A stretch of 63,961 bases of DNA, counting the filler, from Licmophora abbreviata (lineage: Eukaryota), in assembly GCA_900291995.1 (NCBI GenBank). It is 9 parts of 9 records of this genome, joined end to end, with 100 filler letters (N's around TTAATTAATTAA, not from the genome) between each part and the next. Parts side by side here need not be neighbours in the genome. Positions count along the whole stretch, not along the records: positions 31,034 to 33,637 come from OLMU01000778.1; positions 33,738 to 39,875 come from OLMU01000779.1; positions 39,976 to 43,399 come from OLMU01000780.1; positions 43,500 to 57,513 come from OLMU01000781.1; 5 more parts are not named here. One strand, given 5' to 3'. Position 1 is the stretch's first letter. Each line of letters begins with the position of its first letter. The position numbers and the translations under genes were made by a program. Below are positions 32,101-44,988 of this stretch, piece by piece. The notes beneath the pieces were generated by a model. It was not told the origin of the DNA and ran no database searches. It saw only the letters and a program-made list of their open reading frames with translations.

Positions 32101-34151
32101 ATGAAGGAAGAAAAATCTGTTTCTCTTCATGCGAATCAGACCGAAAGGTTCCTTCTGTCTGAAGAAAATTCAACAGAAAGAATCGATCGCCGCAGTGATC
32201 TTCGTCAAGATGCCGATCCTGTGGGGGCACAATCCTCTATCTTTAGTCAGTTTTCGCCAAACACTGTGCAGCGGAAAGACATTCGCTTTCAGCCTCTGGA
32301 CACGGATATTTTATTAGTTGATTGCGAAGAGGAACCCCCGGTACCCCTGAATCTGGGCTTGCTTTCGAGGTCGCGACGGCTCTTGTACCTATCGCACTTG
32401 TTCTCACAGTTCTCGGAAATATCCTGGCAGTTTGGGTTGACATTGTTTCTTGCGGCATTTGCAAACTATGAGTCGTTGATCCTGGTGTCGACCTACGGGA
32501 TTGTCTCTGGGTTGGCCGTGTGTGTCTCAGGCTCCCTGGTAGGAAGGTTCATTGACTGCTCAAATCGCTTGCTGGTGGCACAGCGTTTCATCTGGATGGA
32601 AAACTTGAGTGTCGTAGCGGCCACCATCCTCTGCTATCTGCTACTGAAAGGACCTCGCACAAACGACAACATACTCGAGGAGAGTTCCTTGAACGCTACT
32701 TCTTCTCATACAGAAATGCCCTCATTAGAGGGACAGATTTGGTCCTGGCTGAAACAACGCTTGGACGGCGTCCCTCTCGATACACTATCACTCTCCCTCT
32801 TGATTGGTATCCATGTGCTTGGATCGATTGCTCGTGTACTGGACCGTGGCTTTTTGGTTTCCATCGAACGCGACTGGGTTGTCGTCATGAGTCGAATGGC
32901 ATCACCACGCTACGGCGAGTCCTCGGACGAGGATGCACTTGATACTTCCGCTCAGCTTCCCGATGCTCAAGAGAAAGTGTGGCTATCCGAGACAAACGTC
33001 GCCATGAAACAAATTGATCTAAGCTGCAAGGTGGTTGCGCCAGCAGTCGCCGGGTTTTGCATTGCCTCGCTTGACGATGGAACAGACCCTCATCATGGCG
33101 GTGATCTCGCCGGCGCCGCATTATTAGTTGGTGGCATTAACGTTGCGTCATTGATTGTGGAGTATGTCTGTACACTGAAGATATACTCGATGATTCCAGA
33201 ATTGGCTCTCAAAGCTCCTTGTCCCTCGAACCCCGTCGACCACGATGATGTTTGCGAGCATGGAGCAATCCCTCGGGAGGAAACTGCATTCGAGAACGGG
33301 GCGGCGTATGAAAGGCCCGCGCTGGCATGGGGTGTTTGCAAGCTGCCATATGGATTAGGAACGTACCTACAACAGCAGATATCAATGGCAGGACTGGGGT
33401 TGGCTCTTTTGTAAGTGATCGTAGCGTCACGAAACTGGACCGGGTGTCTTGGTGACTGAGCTGGATCTGCACTCACGCTGTCATGATGGTCATGCTCGCT
33501 TTCATCCCAACCAGGTACCTGAACGCCCTTTCATTTGGTGCGACTATGACGGCGTATCTAGTGTGGCGAGGAATGGGGCTACAGACGGTGGGCGTTTGGA
33601 GGGGAGTGTCGTGCGCTATCGGACTGTTTGGGACATTNNNNNNNNNNNNNNNNNNNNNNNNNNNNNNNNNNNNNNNNNNNNTTAATTAATTAANNNNNNN
33701 NNNNNNNNNNNNNNNNNNNNNNNNNNNNNNNNNNNNNCATCAATCCGCTCGATGCTTGAGCCTCGAGAGTACGGGAATGTGGAGTATTCTATTCCAGTTT
33801 CTTTGCCTCTCACTGAGTTACTTCTCCCTGTTCGTCGACGGCTACACGACCTCGCTCGTCATGCTCATTGGCGGTGTATGTGCGAGTCGCGTCGGATTAT
33901 GGGTGTTTGATATCGCCGTGACACAGCAGATGCAAGAATATGTGCCGCCTCATGTGCGTGGAGTTGTTGGTAGTGTACAAGAGTCCTTGAATGCGTTCTT
34001 TGAGCTCTTGTCATTTGGTCTCGGCATCGTTTTCCCTGACCCGCGGAAGTTTCACATCTACGTTTCTGCCGGGTATACCAGCGTTGGAATTGCGGTGATG
34101 CTGTACGCATTTGGAGTATTCTTCAGGCGAGGCAAGCTGGTACCGCAATAA
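32101..34151 (+). CDS. FPN1: Ferroportin / SLC40A1 / IREG family metal exporter; intron 33411-33514; spans a gap
   Basis: LYLSHLFSQFSEISWQF, IERDWVVV, NVAMKQIDLSCKVVAP, LYLNALSFG..MTAYL, SRVGLWVFDIAVTQQMQE.VP...RG.V..VQ.SL. Confidence 0.92.
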
Positions 34152-34229
34152 CATACTTGGTGCTTACACTCTATAGAACAGTAAACAAACACGCCAGATC
34201 ACAAGATGTAATTGATTTCTGAAAAAGTG

Positions 34230-36011
34230 CTACATTCGGAATACACCGAATTTCGTTTCGTTCGGCTTGCAGCCAGTGCGACGAGCGACCGCCAAAGAGC
34301 ATCCCAGCACGATGCGGGTATCAGCCGGATCGATGATTCCGTCGTCCCACAATCGCGATGTTGAGAAGTAGGCAGAGCTCTCTCGCTTGTACTTCTCAAG
34401 AATAGGCCGCTGAAAGTCAGCCTCTTCCTCCTGTGTCCACGTTTCTCCTTTTGCTTCAATGTTATCTCGCTGAATTGTCGACAGCACATTGGCAGCCTGC
34501 TCGCCTCCCATGACACTGATACGTGCTCCGGGCCACATATACAAGAACCGCGGCCCGTAAGCTCGTCCACACATTCCATAATTTCCTGCACCGTAGCTTC
34601 CTCCTAGAATTACAGTAATCTTTGGTACTTTGGCAGTGGCTACGGCCGTCACGAGCTTCGCTCCGTGTTTTGCGATGCCCTCGTGCTCATACTTCTTCCC
34701 CACCATAAACCCCGTAATATTCTGTAGAAACACTATAGGAATACCTCGCTGCGAGCAGAGCTGGACAAAATGAGCTCCTTTCAGAGCACTTTCAGAAAAA
34801 AGAATACCGTTGTTGGCGATAACGCCGACATCTTGACCCATGATCTTGCCAAAGCCTGTTACTAACGATGTTCCATACTTTGCCTTAAATTCGTGAAAAC
34901 GTGATCCGTCCAGAATCCTTGCAAGGACGAGGCGTACGTCCATGGGTTGCTTGGGATCAACCGGCAACACTCCACCTAGCTCGGTTACATCAAACATTGG
35001 CTCTTCCCATGGCAAAGAGGAAACGCTCGCCACATCCTCCCGATGACCAAGATTGGCCACAATGTCGCGCGTAATACGCAAAGCCTCCAGCTCGCTCGTG
35101 GCCAAGTGGTCTGCGACTCCCGAGGTCGTCGTATGCACGTGCGCGCCGCCCAACTCTTCGGCAGTCACAACTTCTCCCGTCGCCGCCTTCACCAACGGCG
35201 GTCCACCCAGAAAGATGGTTCCCTTGCCCTGGACCATGACGGTCTCGTCAGACATGCTCGGTACGTAGGCACCTCCTGCTGTACACGAGCCACAGACAAC
35301 TGCAATTTGTGGTATATTCTTGGAACTCATTTGCGCTTGATTCCAAAAGATACGTCCAAAGTGGTCCTTGTCAGGAAACACATCGGCTTGCTGCGGCAAA
35401 TAAGCACCGCCCGAATCAACGAGATAAATACACGGCAATTCGTTCTCCATGGCTATCTCTTGCGCTCGTAGATGTTTCTTGACAGTAATAGGAAAGTACG
35501 TTCCTCCCTTGACAGTCGCATCGTTGGCAATCATCATACAGAGTTGCCCAGCAACACTGCCAATCGCCGTCACGATACCACCGCTCGGGATGTCCTCCTC
35601 AGAACCAGCCAGGGCAGAAAGTTCCAAGAGAGGAGTACCAAAATCCACCAGCTGTTGAATACGATCACGCGGAAGTAGCTTGTCCCGCGAAGTATGCCGT
35701 ACGACGGCATCGTTGCCGCCTCCCAATGTCACCTGATGGATGCGGTGATTCAATTCGGTCACTTGTTCCTGTGTGCGCAGCATGGCTTGCTGAAAGGAAG
35801 GATCGTTTTTGTTCAAATCAAAGTTCGATAAGATAGGAGCACGATGGGAAGAAGAGTAGTAGTTGGCGTTGTCGGAATTAAAGGACGACGATGTCGCAGC
35901 GGATGAGAATTGATTCCAGAATTCGGGAATGTTCTGATGGCTGACACGATGACTGATTCTGAAAGCCCTGGATAGCGTTCTAGTAGACCTGCCGGTCAGC
36001 CTAGACATCAT
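34230..36011 (-). CDS. MCCC2: 3-methylcrotonyl-CoA carboxylase beta subunit, mitochondrial
   Basis: [64 protein letters not shown]-terminal FGVFRM; Arg/Ser-rich presequence. Confidence 0.97.
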   Translation of the reverse strand: MMSRLTGRSTRTLSRAFRISHRVSHQNIPEFWNQFSSAATSSSFNSDNANYYSSSHRAPILSNFDLNKNDPSFQQAMLRTQEQVTELNHRIHQVTLGGGNDAVVRHTSRDKLLPRDRIQQLVDFGTPLLELSALAGSEEDIPSGGIVTAIGSVAGQLCMMIANDATVKGGTYFPITVKKHLRAQEIAMENELPCIYLVDSGGAYLPQQADVFPDKDHFGRIFWNQAQMSSKNIPQIAVVCGSCTAGGAYVPSMSDETVMVQGKGTIFLGGPPLVKAATGEVVTAEELGGAHVHTTTSGVADHLATSELEALRITRDIVANLGHREDVASVSSLPWEEPMFDVTELGGVLPVDPKQPMDVRLVLARILDGSRFHEFKAKYGTSLVTGFGKIMGQDVGVIANNGILFSESALKGAHFVQLCSQRGIPIVFLQNITGFMVGKKYEHEGIAKHGAKLVTAVATAKVPKITVILGGSYGAGNYGMCGRAYGPRFLYMWPGARISVMGGEQAANVLSTIQRDNIEAKGETWTQEEEADFQRPILEKYKRESSAYFSTSRLWDDGIIDPADTRIVLGCSLAVARRTGCKPNETKFGVFRM

Positions 36012-36150
36012 ATTGTGGACGAATACGCGGGAGATCAAGACGAAACTGACTTAAGATCCTGCAGAGATAGCCGAATTCTCAAACACAGCGGCGGCAATGT
36101 CATCATTGTGCTGATGACACTTTTTCTTTTCTTTGGAACGTTTTGTCAAC

Positions 36151-36169
36151 TTTTGGCGCGGAATTTGAA
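36151..36169 (+). promoter_or_regulatory. E2F/CDE-like plus CHR-like composite TTTTGGCGCGGAATTTGAA in the divergent MCCC2 promoter
   Basis: GGCGC, 4-nt spacer, TTTGAA. Confidence 0.35.
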
Positions 36170-36610
36170 GTTCGGAAGTTGAGCTTTCAGCTTTCCTACA
36201 TGAGAGCTCGCACGAGGAGCTCGTCGTCTTTGAGGGAAGTGGATTGCTTATCTTCAACGATGAATGTTGGTTACCCAATTTCGTACCCCAACGGACGAGA
36301 TGCGCGGGTCTTTTTCGAATCAATCATCGTGAGCGTGTGTGAAGATGCGGCGCAAAAAAGTGAGAGGCCGCGAAGAGAGGCGAGCACCAAAGGATCGATC
36401 GTGTGGGTGCAGCACAACGAAACACGACCGTCGACTGACAATGGGGCCCGTGCAGAGCCAGGGTGATCCCATCGAATAGAAAGAAAGAAGCCGTTCATTG
36501 TCGAGAGAGCGTGAGGCAGAAAAAGTCATATTTTGACAGAGTATAAGGTCACGGCACAAAGAGCTCCTGAACTTCACGGACCCACCCACGTAAACACAGA
36601 AACCATCGCC

Positions 36611-39600
36611 ATGGCCAAGGGGCGCGTAAGTCGCAGGTCCAAGTCGCGTGATAAGGTATCCTTATTGGCGAATCCGTCGCCCCCTCCCAGTCCCTCTCCC
36701 TACGGACCGCTAGGAGGCGTCTCTACTGTCTCGAGCAACCGCGCCCCGACCGCGGATGGTAACAACCCAGCCAACAGTATCACTACTACGACGAATGCGC
36801 TCGATGAGGATAACAGCACACTGTCATTAGAAGGGGATAACAGCATCCCATCCCAGCTGCCACAGCAAAATCGGTTCTTGCCACAGCATATTCCCAAAGA
36901 AGACACGCGACAAGTCCAGAGTGCCTCCATGGCCTTGCAATTCGTCCCGGCATATGAAGAGTCTACGACACCGGCCGTGGAGCGGAGTGCCACCAGCAAT
37001 TCACAAAATGATCTTCCCCTGCCTCCTGCAAGCGACAATCACAGTGCGTCTTGGGATGCAATAATCGAAACAGACGACAGCAACATTGGTGGGAGTCGGC
37101 GCTTCCTTGACAGTCGATCCTCGCAACAATTGAACAATCCGCTCGATGTTTCACGGCAGGGAAGTGCATCGGCCCAGCAACACTCTTCCGTGAGAGCAGC
37201 AGCGCCTCGTACCAAGGAGGACCGATCTGCAGTGGACGATTCGCCCCCGGCCGTGTCGGCCCCCGTCGTGAACCCGCCATCGCAGCGAAGAGGGCCTCGT
37301 ATGGCGCGACTGGCCAAGATCTTTTCGAATCGGAATGCTGGGAGTAGCAACCAGGAGACGAAGCAGCTGGAACCGAGAGATGCGCTCAGCAGAACTTCGT
37401 CGCCACCGGCACAACCTCCGCGACCGATACGCAAGTCCCTACCGGGCAAGTCTTCTGAAGTTGTCCCACCGTCGCCTTCTCGGTCGTCCGTGTCGGGGGC
37501 GTCAAGTGGTTACGTGGGATGGCCTGGCACACAGGATAAACGCGGCGGGACGGTGACAATACAGTCGAGCTACGATGATAGCTCAGTCGGTGCTGCGGCG
37601 TTTCGACAGCGACGGAAGCACGCAAGCTTGGATGATTCTGATGTAGAAATGAACAAGTGGATGGAATCGTCTTTTGACGAGAAGTCGTCGACTGGTGCCA
37701 CAAGCAAGCTGGATCCACAAGAACATGGAGTGGGGAAACCAGAGATGTACAGGTCACGTGCACAGGTTGGCGACGACGAAAGCGAAGACGAGGAGGAGAA
37801 TCCTGCTGATTTCCACCTGAAAGCTCTTGTGGCTAGTTCAACAGCCACTTCGCCGTTGGCCGGAGGAGGGCCATCACATGCAAGACCCCCCAACGGCTTT
37901 TCTGGGTTGAGAGACTCACAACGCTTACGGCGTTCGGTATACAGTGGACCGGACAGAGCTGGTAGGTCAATGGCTTCGTCGAGTCGTGCTGGAGCCAGAA
38001 GTGTGGCAGAGACGTCTGCCAGTGACGCTATTAGCATCAAGAACTTGTTTGGAAATGAGAACACAAATCGGGCTTCCTCGGCAGTAACGACGCCAATCTT
38101 TCACGGTGACCCCTGGGATACTGACAGTTCACCGTATCCACCATCCTCCCCCGCAACTAGCATTTCGAAGAACTCATCGGCATATTTCGATGTTCGAGAC
38201 TCCACTGGAATGTCGCTTCCCTCGCTCGACGGAAAACGTCAACCATATCCTTATGATATGAAACCCAATCTCCGCGCCAACGCCTCTGCAATCATGCGAC
38301 AGGCGTCGCGCGAGCGCCCTCGACCAGAAAAGGAACAACGGTCTCGCGAGCCACAACCACCAACAGAAGCTGCGCTTGCGGCGAAAGATCGCACTTCCTC
38401 GAATCCCCGCATGGGCAGCACGGAAAATTTTCGTGGATATCGCGGGTTCTACGACAAGACTAAAGAAATGCCCAACCTGATAGATGCCTTGGATTCTGAT
38501 AGCGTCGCGTCGAGCAGGGCGACTAGCACGTTCTCAACGAACCTCGCCCCGTCGACTCGTGCTGCTACTCGAAAGCCAGATCGGATCGACGAGGACAGTG
38601 ACGTCTTCGACATGGACTCGGACATATTCGATGGATTGTCAGCAATTCCACAAGAAAACTCTGTTCAAGCGAGTGATACGCAGGTCCCCACGGTGGATGA
38701 GAAAGGACCATACGAGAAACTGAACGACAGCGCTGGGGAGGGTGTGGCAAATTTGAATCTAGTTATGCTCGGCGGAGGACTCACAGCGATCCAAACAACA
38801 CCTGACGCGTATGAGAAGCGGAGAACTGCTACTGACTTCGATGAAGATCTGACCAATAGTGATGTGGGTCAATACGGCTTTACAAGGATTCCTGGATTCA
38901 ACAAGATCGCTTCAGCTGGACGCAGGGAGCCAGGTCTCCCCAGTTCTGAGCCTCAGCAGCGGGAGCAGTCACCGCTTGATCGGCTACCGTTGAACATTCG
39001 AGCTCGAATACCAGCCAGTAGACGCACCAATGGCACCCAACGAAGTGTGCTCGATACCTCACTTGCAGCAGGGAGTGATTCGGGCTCTTCGAACGTTTCC
39101 GACGACGTTCAGGAAGAGCTCAGCTACTATGCTGAAGATTTGTACGAGTATCGCATACCCCCGCAGCAGACAAGGAAGCTTGTCAAACGGTACAGAGAGT
39201 TATGTCCTACTGACTTGGACTATATGACGGAAGGAGAGTACCAGAGGGAGGAAGACTCAAAGAAAGCGTTTGCGTTGCATGAAATGAGAAGCCGGATAAT
39301 GGAAAAGGACATTGAGCGCGGACTAGAGAGACAAGGCGGAACGGTCGCGGTCGACGACATTGTTACTACGTCGTATCATCAAGCAGCACAACGTGTGCGC
39401 GACGCCGTTCTTGTAAGTAAGGCGTGGAGAGACGGAGCCAGCCCGCGAGATGTGATAACTGCCGCGTTGCTGACAAGACGTGAGGAAAGGACGTATTGCG
39501 TCAAGAGGCCCGTCGCGTATCGCACAAGTCCTGGCCGCTCACCTGGATCGATCGGTAGCTCCAGTACAGTCGGTACACAGTGGATAAGCTACACGTTGGA

Positions 39601-40997
39601 ACCAGTGACATGGGTCGACGATGTAGACTTCATGCAGCTGCGATGCCCATCACTAGGCCCTAGGTGCATGCGAGGGTTCGAACTGTTCACCATTGGAGAC
39701 TGCCAAAGCATCTTGCTGAAGTTGACGAATGAGCACTGTCTGGTGAGTTAAAGCTGTGTTCAAGTATTGGATTAACTATGTGACTCTCGTGCGCCTTGAC
39801 TAATGATGCCTATTGCTTTCGCTGTACGTCATAGTCGCTTCGGTCGGAACTCAACGAAGCTACAGCTCGTCAGATNNNNNNNNNNNNNNNNNNNNNNNNN
39901 NNNNNNNNNNNNNNNNNNNTTAATTAATTAANNNNNNNNNNNNNNNNNNNNNNNNNNNNNNNNNNNNNNNNNNNNGTCATAGTCGCTTCGGTCGGAACTC
40001 AACGAAGCTACAGCTCGTCAGATCGAAGCCGAGGAATCGATGAAAGAAGAAGGCGACGCGAGTGACGGAATGATGACAGAAGCTGAAATGACGTTCTTGG
40101 CGTCAATGGAAGAAGTCAAGACGATATCAAAGAAACTTGTTGTTGCCGAAAAATCTTTCAACCTGGTCCGCGACCGTATCGAGAAACTCGTGTCCAGGTA
40201 CGAGGCACTGTTGGTCAAGATTGAAACAGAGTCGGTCTACGCGCCGTCCTCCATTGCAACGTACGAAAGCTCCTACTACTCGGATGGTACCTCGGAAGAT
40301 GATCGAGAGAAGGAGCAACTAGCACGACGAGCTCAGCGCGCTGAGCTACGAGCTGAACTTGCCGCGCGTGAAGCAATGTTGGCGAAGCAAGAAGCCGAGA
40401 AGATTCGGAACGAGAAGCAACTAGAGCTAGATGCCCTACAGGTAAGCTGATCGTATCGTTTCCATGATTGCGCTGCTCTGGACCTAATCGTCACTTACAC
40501 TGTTTGTATTCCCCTACCTTCAAACTTAGCAACAACTAAACGAGCTACAGTCTGAGTCCTCACTGGCAATGGCCGAGCGAGAGCATTCTACCATTTTAGC
40601 CAGGGCGATCACCGCCACAGAAGGCGACACCAGATCTGTACACGATCCATCGAAACCAAAGATAAACCAAGAAAAGGTGGATAGCGTGAAGAAGAAGTTT
40701 CGCGATCGTGTCGCAGCTCGCACTGCCGTCAGGCGGGGGTCCTCGGTGTCCTCGCGACGTTCGGAAAGCGGATCGAGTTTCGCTCCTTCCCGAACCTATT
40801 CGGCCGCCACCACATCCTTCAGTGGAAGAGTTGCACCCCGCGCTTCAGAACGACCCCCTCTGGCGCGCAAGAGCAAGTATGGATTGACGGGCGAAGAAAT
40901 GTTTCAGCATCTGGACTTTTACGAGCGCTCCCTGAAGGCCGTGGCAAACGCGCGAAATACCCTGAAGAAACATGAACAGCTTGACAGCTCCATTTAA
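36611..40997 (+). CDS. Large Ser/Pro-rich disordered protein with C-terminal coiled coil, 3 exons
   Basis: Introns 39743-39834 and 40442-40529. The contig ends around gap 39876-39975 overlap by 48 nt and restore the frame. Ordered blocks EMRSRIMEKDIERGLER and GDCQSILLKLTNEHC. Confidence 0.8.
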
Positions 40998-41273
40998 ACT
41001 TATAGTATAGCCTTTGCTCATAGTAAGCTGTTGGTGTCGTTGCACAGGGTTTCGCGGGAAAGGTCGTATCCGCCTCCTCGTCGATTCTCACGGTCCGAAA
41101 TGCATCTCGAACTTCGGCTCGGTTGGACAGCTGGACTGACTGAAGGCGCGGTCAACACGCGATGTACCGCGCACATTTTGTACGGACGACACAACACGAG
41201 GAGTGGGAGTCAGTCATTTTCGCGCCAGCGGCATTTTGCTTTCCGAGACAGACAGACCAAAACAACAGCAACA

Positions 41274-42287
41274 ATGATGGCAGAAACGAGCGAGATGACG
41301 CCCAATGGCGTGTCATCGTTTGAACAGAACACTTCAAATTGTAAGTCTTATGGTTCTTTGACCCAAGAAGGAAAAGCTACAACGTAATTGGCGCATATTT
41401 CCGTACTTTGTGGACTCATCCGTGGACGCTCGAGGTTCACGTAGATCTTTGTACCAGGGCTACGTGTTTGAAAGTGCCAAAAGGTGGACAGAGGTATCGA
41501 GCGACATGATGGACCCCGTTGAGGCGTTGTCGGCGCAGAAAGGAGAGAGGTATATGTCTACAGACCCTCTTGAGTCCCTCTTGAGTCCAAGGTGTACATG
41601 ATAGAGTCGGTGGCTTGCAGCGAAATATGAATGGACGGCAGACGCTTCTCTGCGTGTATACAGTCGAATCTCGCAACTTCTGGTCGACAGATCCCCTGGT
41701 TGATCCGAGACTGTTCTTTCTTGCATGCTGCTGACCACCCTATCTTGCACTCTTGCTTTTGCACTACAGTGAAACGCGCAGTACAGTATTGGCTAGACAA
41801 ATCGACGATTCACGTGGTGCCGCGGTGGTGTGGGTTCGTGGGATTGCTGCTATTGTTCTTTCTGAGAGTATACATGGTACAGGGCTATTTCATTGTTGCA
41901 TACGGTCTGGGAATTTTCCTACTGAACAACTTTATCGCCTTCCTGTCGCCATTGGAAGACCCGAATGAAGGGCCGACACTACCGACATCAAGTAAAGAAG
42001 AATACCGACCCTTCGCGCGACGTCTGCCCGAGTTCAAGTTTTGGTTGGCATGTGCAAGAGGGACTGGTATTTGCATCATGATGACGTTCTTTTCGATCTT
42101 TGACGTTCCGGTATTCTGGCCCATCTTGTTGATGTATTTCTTTGTGCTCTTCTTCATGACGATGAAGCGACAGATACTGCATATGTACAAGCACAAATAT
42201 GTACCGATTAGCTTTGGAAAGGCGAAGTACAAGGATGCTGGCGTGGAACAGGGCGTGTACGGCGGTGGTATGGGGAAGGACAACTGA
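41274..42287 (+). CDS. RER1: RER1 Golgi-to-ER retrieval receptor, 2 exons
   Basis: QYWLDKST..V.PRW, GYFIVAYGLGIFLLNNFIAFLSP, EYRPFARRLPEFKFW, DVPVFWPILLMYF, HM.K.KY.P. Intron 41341-41769. Confidence 0.97.
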
Positions 42288-42790
42288 AAATGAGCTGCGC
42301 CTGCCGACGGATAACGATTGAATAGACTGAGCCCCCGAGTACTACTTTCGTAGCCTCCGTACGGAGATGTCTGTTCCTTACATCTTTCTCCGATGGAGTT
42401 TCTCCGTCGTCATCCCGAATCGGCATCTATAATCAGCAACACATCATTGATTGTACAAGCAGCAGTTGACATCACCGAGTCGAGAGTTGGGGGCCTGAGT
42501 TGAGTCTCTTGATGTAGAGTCTTGAGTCTGAGAATCGAGTCGAGTCGCTATGATATTTTTCGCGGCTTGTTGACGATACATTCATTCGAGGTCCATCACG
42601 AGGAAACCTTTTGTCAAGATTTCGTGCTTTCCTACGTAGATTCAATACCATGTTCTTCGCAGCATTGGACTTCCCTCTGAGCCGCAAAACTCAGGCGACA
42701 AGACCCCCTCAGCCACAATGAACATGTGTTGGGTGGACGAAAGCACGTCTCTCATTTTCCTTACCTCCTCGGCTCATCCCGTCGTATACC

Positions 42791-44403
42791 ATGTTGCAGA
42801 ATAACTCATCCGACTTCGAGAAGCTGACCAAGGCGCTGAACCAGCTGACTGGATCGTTTGCCTCCGTCGATGATATGCTGGCAGCATTCGGCCTGGCAGA
42901 CATGCCAATGGCGCAGCGATACGGCATTCTGGTGGGAACGTGCGTCTTTTCTATCACCCTCGCTGCTGTCTTCATCCTTTTGGTGTGGGGTGGATCCTTT
43001 CAGCGCATTGCTGAGCAGGACAAAACAGGAAATGCGACCGTCCAGGAGCCCATTGTCGCGCGCAAGTCCCGTGCTTTGCTGCTTGAAAGACTCTTGGAGG
43101 CCCGAGACCGCATGATGAAGGAGAATGAGTCGGGCGATAAGGATGTTCTGAGGAAGCGGCTTGCAAATGTGGCATGTCGCAATGTGGCAATTCCTGAATT
43201 AGTCGAAGAAAAGTCTAAACGCCCCCGTAACGGTGGAGATCGCTACATACCTCCAGGGTACGAGGAGAATTATGCGATTGCCTACCGCAGATGCCAGGAT
43301 AAGCCAGGAGGTCAGTGAACTCTTCTTATGAGGGTGGATACATGTCACAGCACTAGGACTGTCAGTCTCACATATGATATCGACGTCCTTTTGTTCCACN
43401 NNNNNNNNNNNNNNNNNNNNNNNNNNNNNNNNNNNNNNNNNNNTTAATTAATTAANNNNNNNNNNNNNNNNNNNNNNNNNNNNNNNNNNNNNNNNNNNNT
43501 TCCACAGGTGCGATACTGAGTGGACGCCCAGAAGCTCGGTATGAGGCTTACGCTCGTGCCTACGCTGGCTGCGGTGTCAATACCTCCACCTCCTATCGCC
43601 GCTCGTATTCTCGCATGTACGAATCTGTGTGCTGTGCTACACACGGCTCAGATGACAAGTATCGCAAGTGTTTTGAAAGTCGTCCTCAGGATCTTGTTGG
43701 AGGCCGTGTGCGGCTCGAAGCATTGGATGCTGAACTTCATGCGCAGAACTTGTATGATGTTACATGTGGTTTGCCACTAGCCCATCTCGAGCATCCCGAG
43801 TTCGATCCGAGCAAAGTGTGGGGGTTTCTGGATTACGGGCCGTTCGCGAATGCCGAGGAGATGGGCAAATCGCCCTTGTTTCAGACGACGTCAGGTGAAG
43901 CTGCGTTCGCTATTGTCGATAGCGTCACGGATCGAGTGATTGGTGCTGTCACGTTGACCAACGACAATCCTAAGAATCTCAATATTGATATGGAAGCTCC
44001 TATTGTCAAGCCGAAAAGTGTCGGCTCGCCAGAACAGCTGGAAGCATGCTTTCTTCTGATGGATCGGCTCTTCGCGTTAGGATACCGTCGCGTCAACATG
44101 CTGATCGACTCTAAAGATATTGAAACTAGAAAGTTGCCAGGTCGGCTGGGGATGACACAGGAAGGGTTGCTTCCGAAGCATATGATTATAAAGGAGGCAA
44201 GTCGAGACAGTGCAGTGTACGGTATGCTCAATAGCGACTGGGACAAGGGGGCTCGCGCGGCCTTGTATAAAAAGCTCTACGGAGTCACCGCACAGAGGGC
44301 CGACGCGGCGAATAGAGCCAAGGAGAACGAATTGGAAGAACAAACCCGAGGGCTGAAGGAAATGAAGGCAGCTGAAAAGAAGGCAGCGGCAGCAAAGAAT
44401 TAG
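42791..44403 (+). CDS. N-terminally membrane-anchored GNAT (RimJ/RimL-like) acetyltransferase-domain protein, 2 exons
   Basis: TM YGILVGTCVFSITLAAVFILLVW. Donor 43311 and acceptor ttccacag 43507 join DKPG|GAILSGRPEARYEAY to the 43615 ORF. GGRVRLEAL, W.FL.YGPF, F.LGYRRV, RLG.T.EG, RDS.VY.ML..DW. Confidence 0.8.
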
Positions 44404-44988
44404 CTTTGTGGAATGGGAAGTTTCGTCTCTGCTGCAACAGAGGTGGCTCATGGCTCGACCGTACCGGTGGCCGCGTCCGATATCATTGCTTGTCATTTCC
44501 ATGACGACGAACGCCCAAAAAGGTAACAACGCGATAAAGATGCAAATTACTCTTTTTTATGTTCCATAACGTATCATGATAGGGAAGTCTAGAGCTGGAA
44601 ATAACTGTAAACACCTGACCACGGTCCACAATCCATTCGAGTCAACACTTTAAATAACCACAAAGCCTCACCCTCTACGAAAGAGAGAGGCTATCCACGG
44701 ACACCACAGCTGGTGTCCACACAAATTTTGACTCTCGACACGCGGTCTTGCTTACGAGACGAACCTTGTCTCGACGCGCGAAGACTTACCACAACCGAAC
44801 AGATGAAAACAGTGGGTAGAATGAAGATAGATTGCATTCCCTTGGCAATCAAACATGTAAATGAAAGAACGATTCTCGCGGATTTGCAACATGCGAGACG
44901 CATCGCCCTCGAATCTATCAATAACCATTTCAGATGGTTATCTCGTACATATGTACCTCGTAGGTATTCAAATCAGAGCAGCGCAAGG

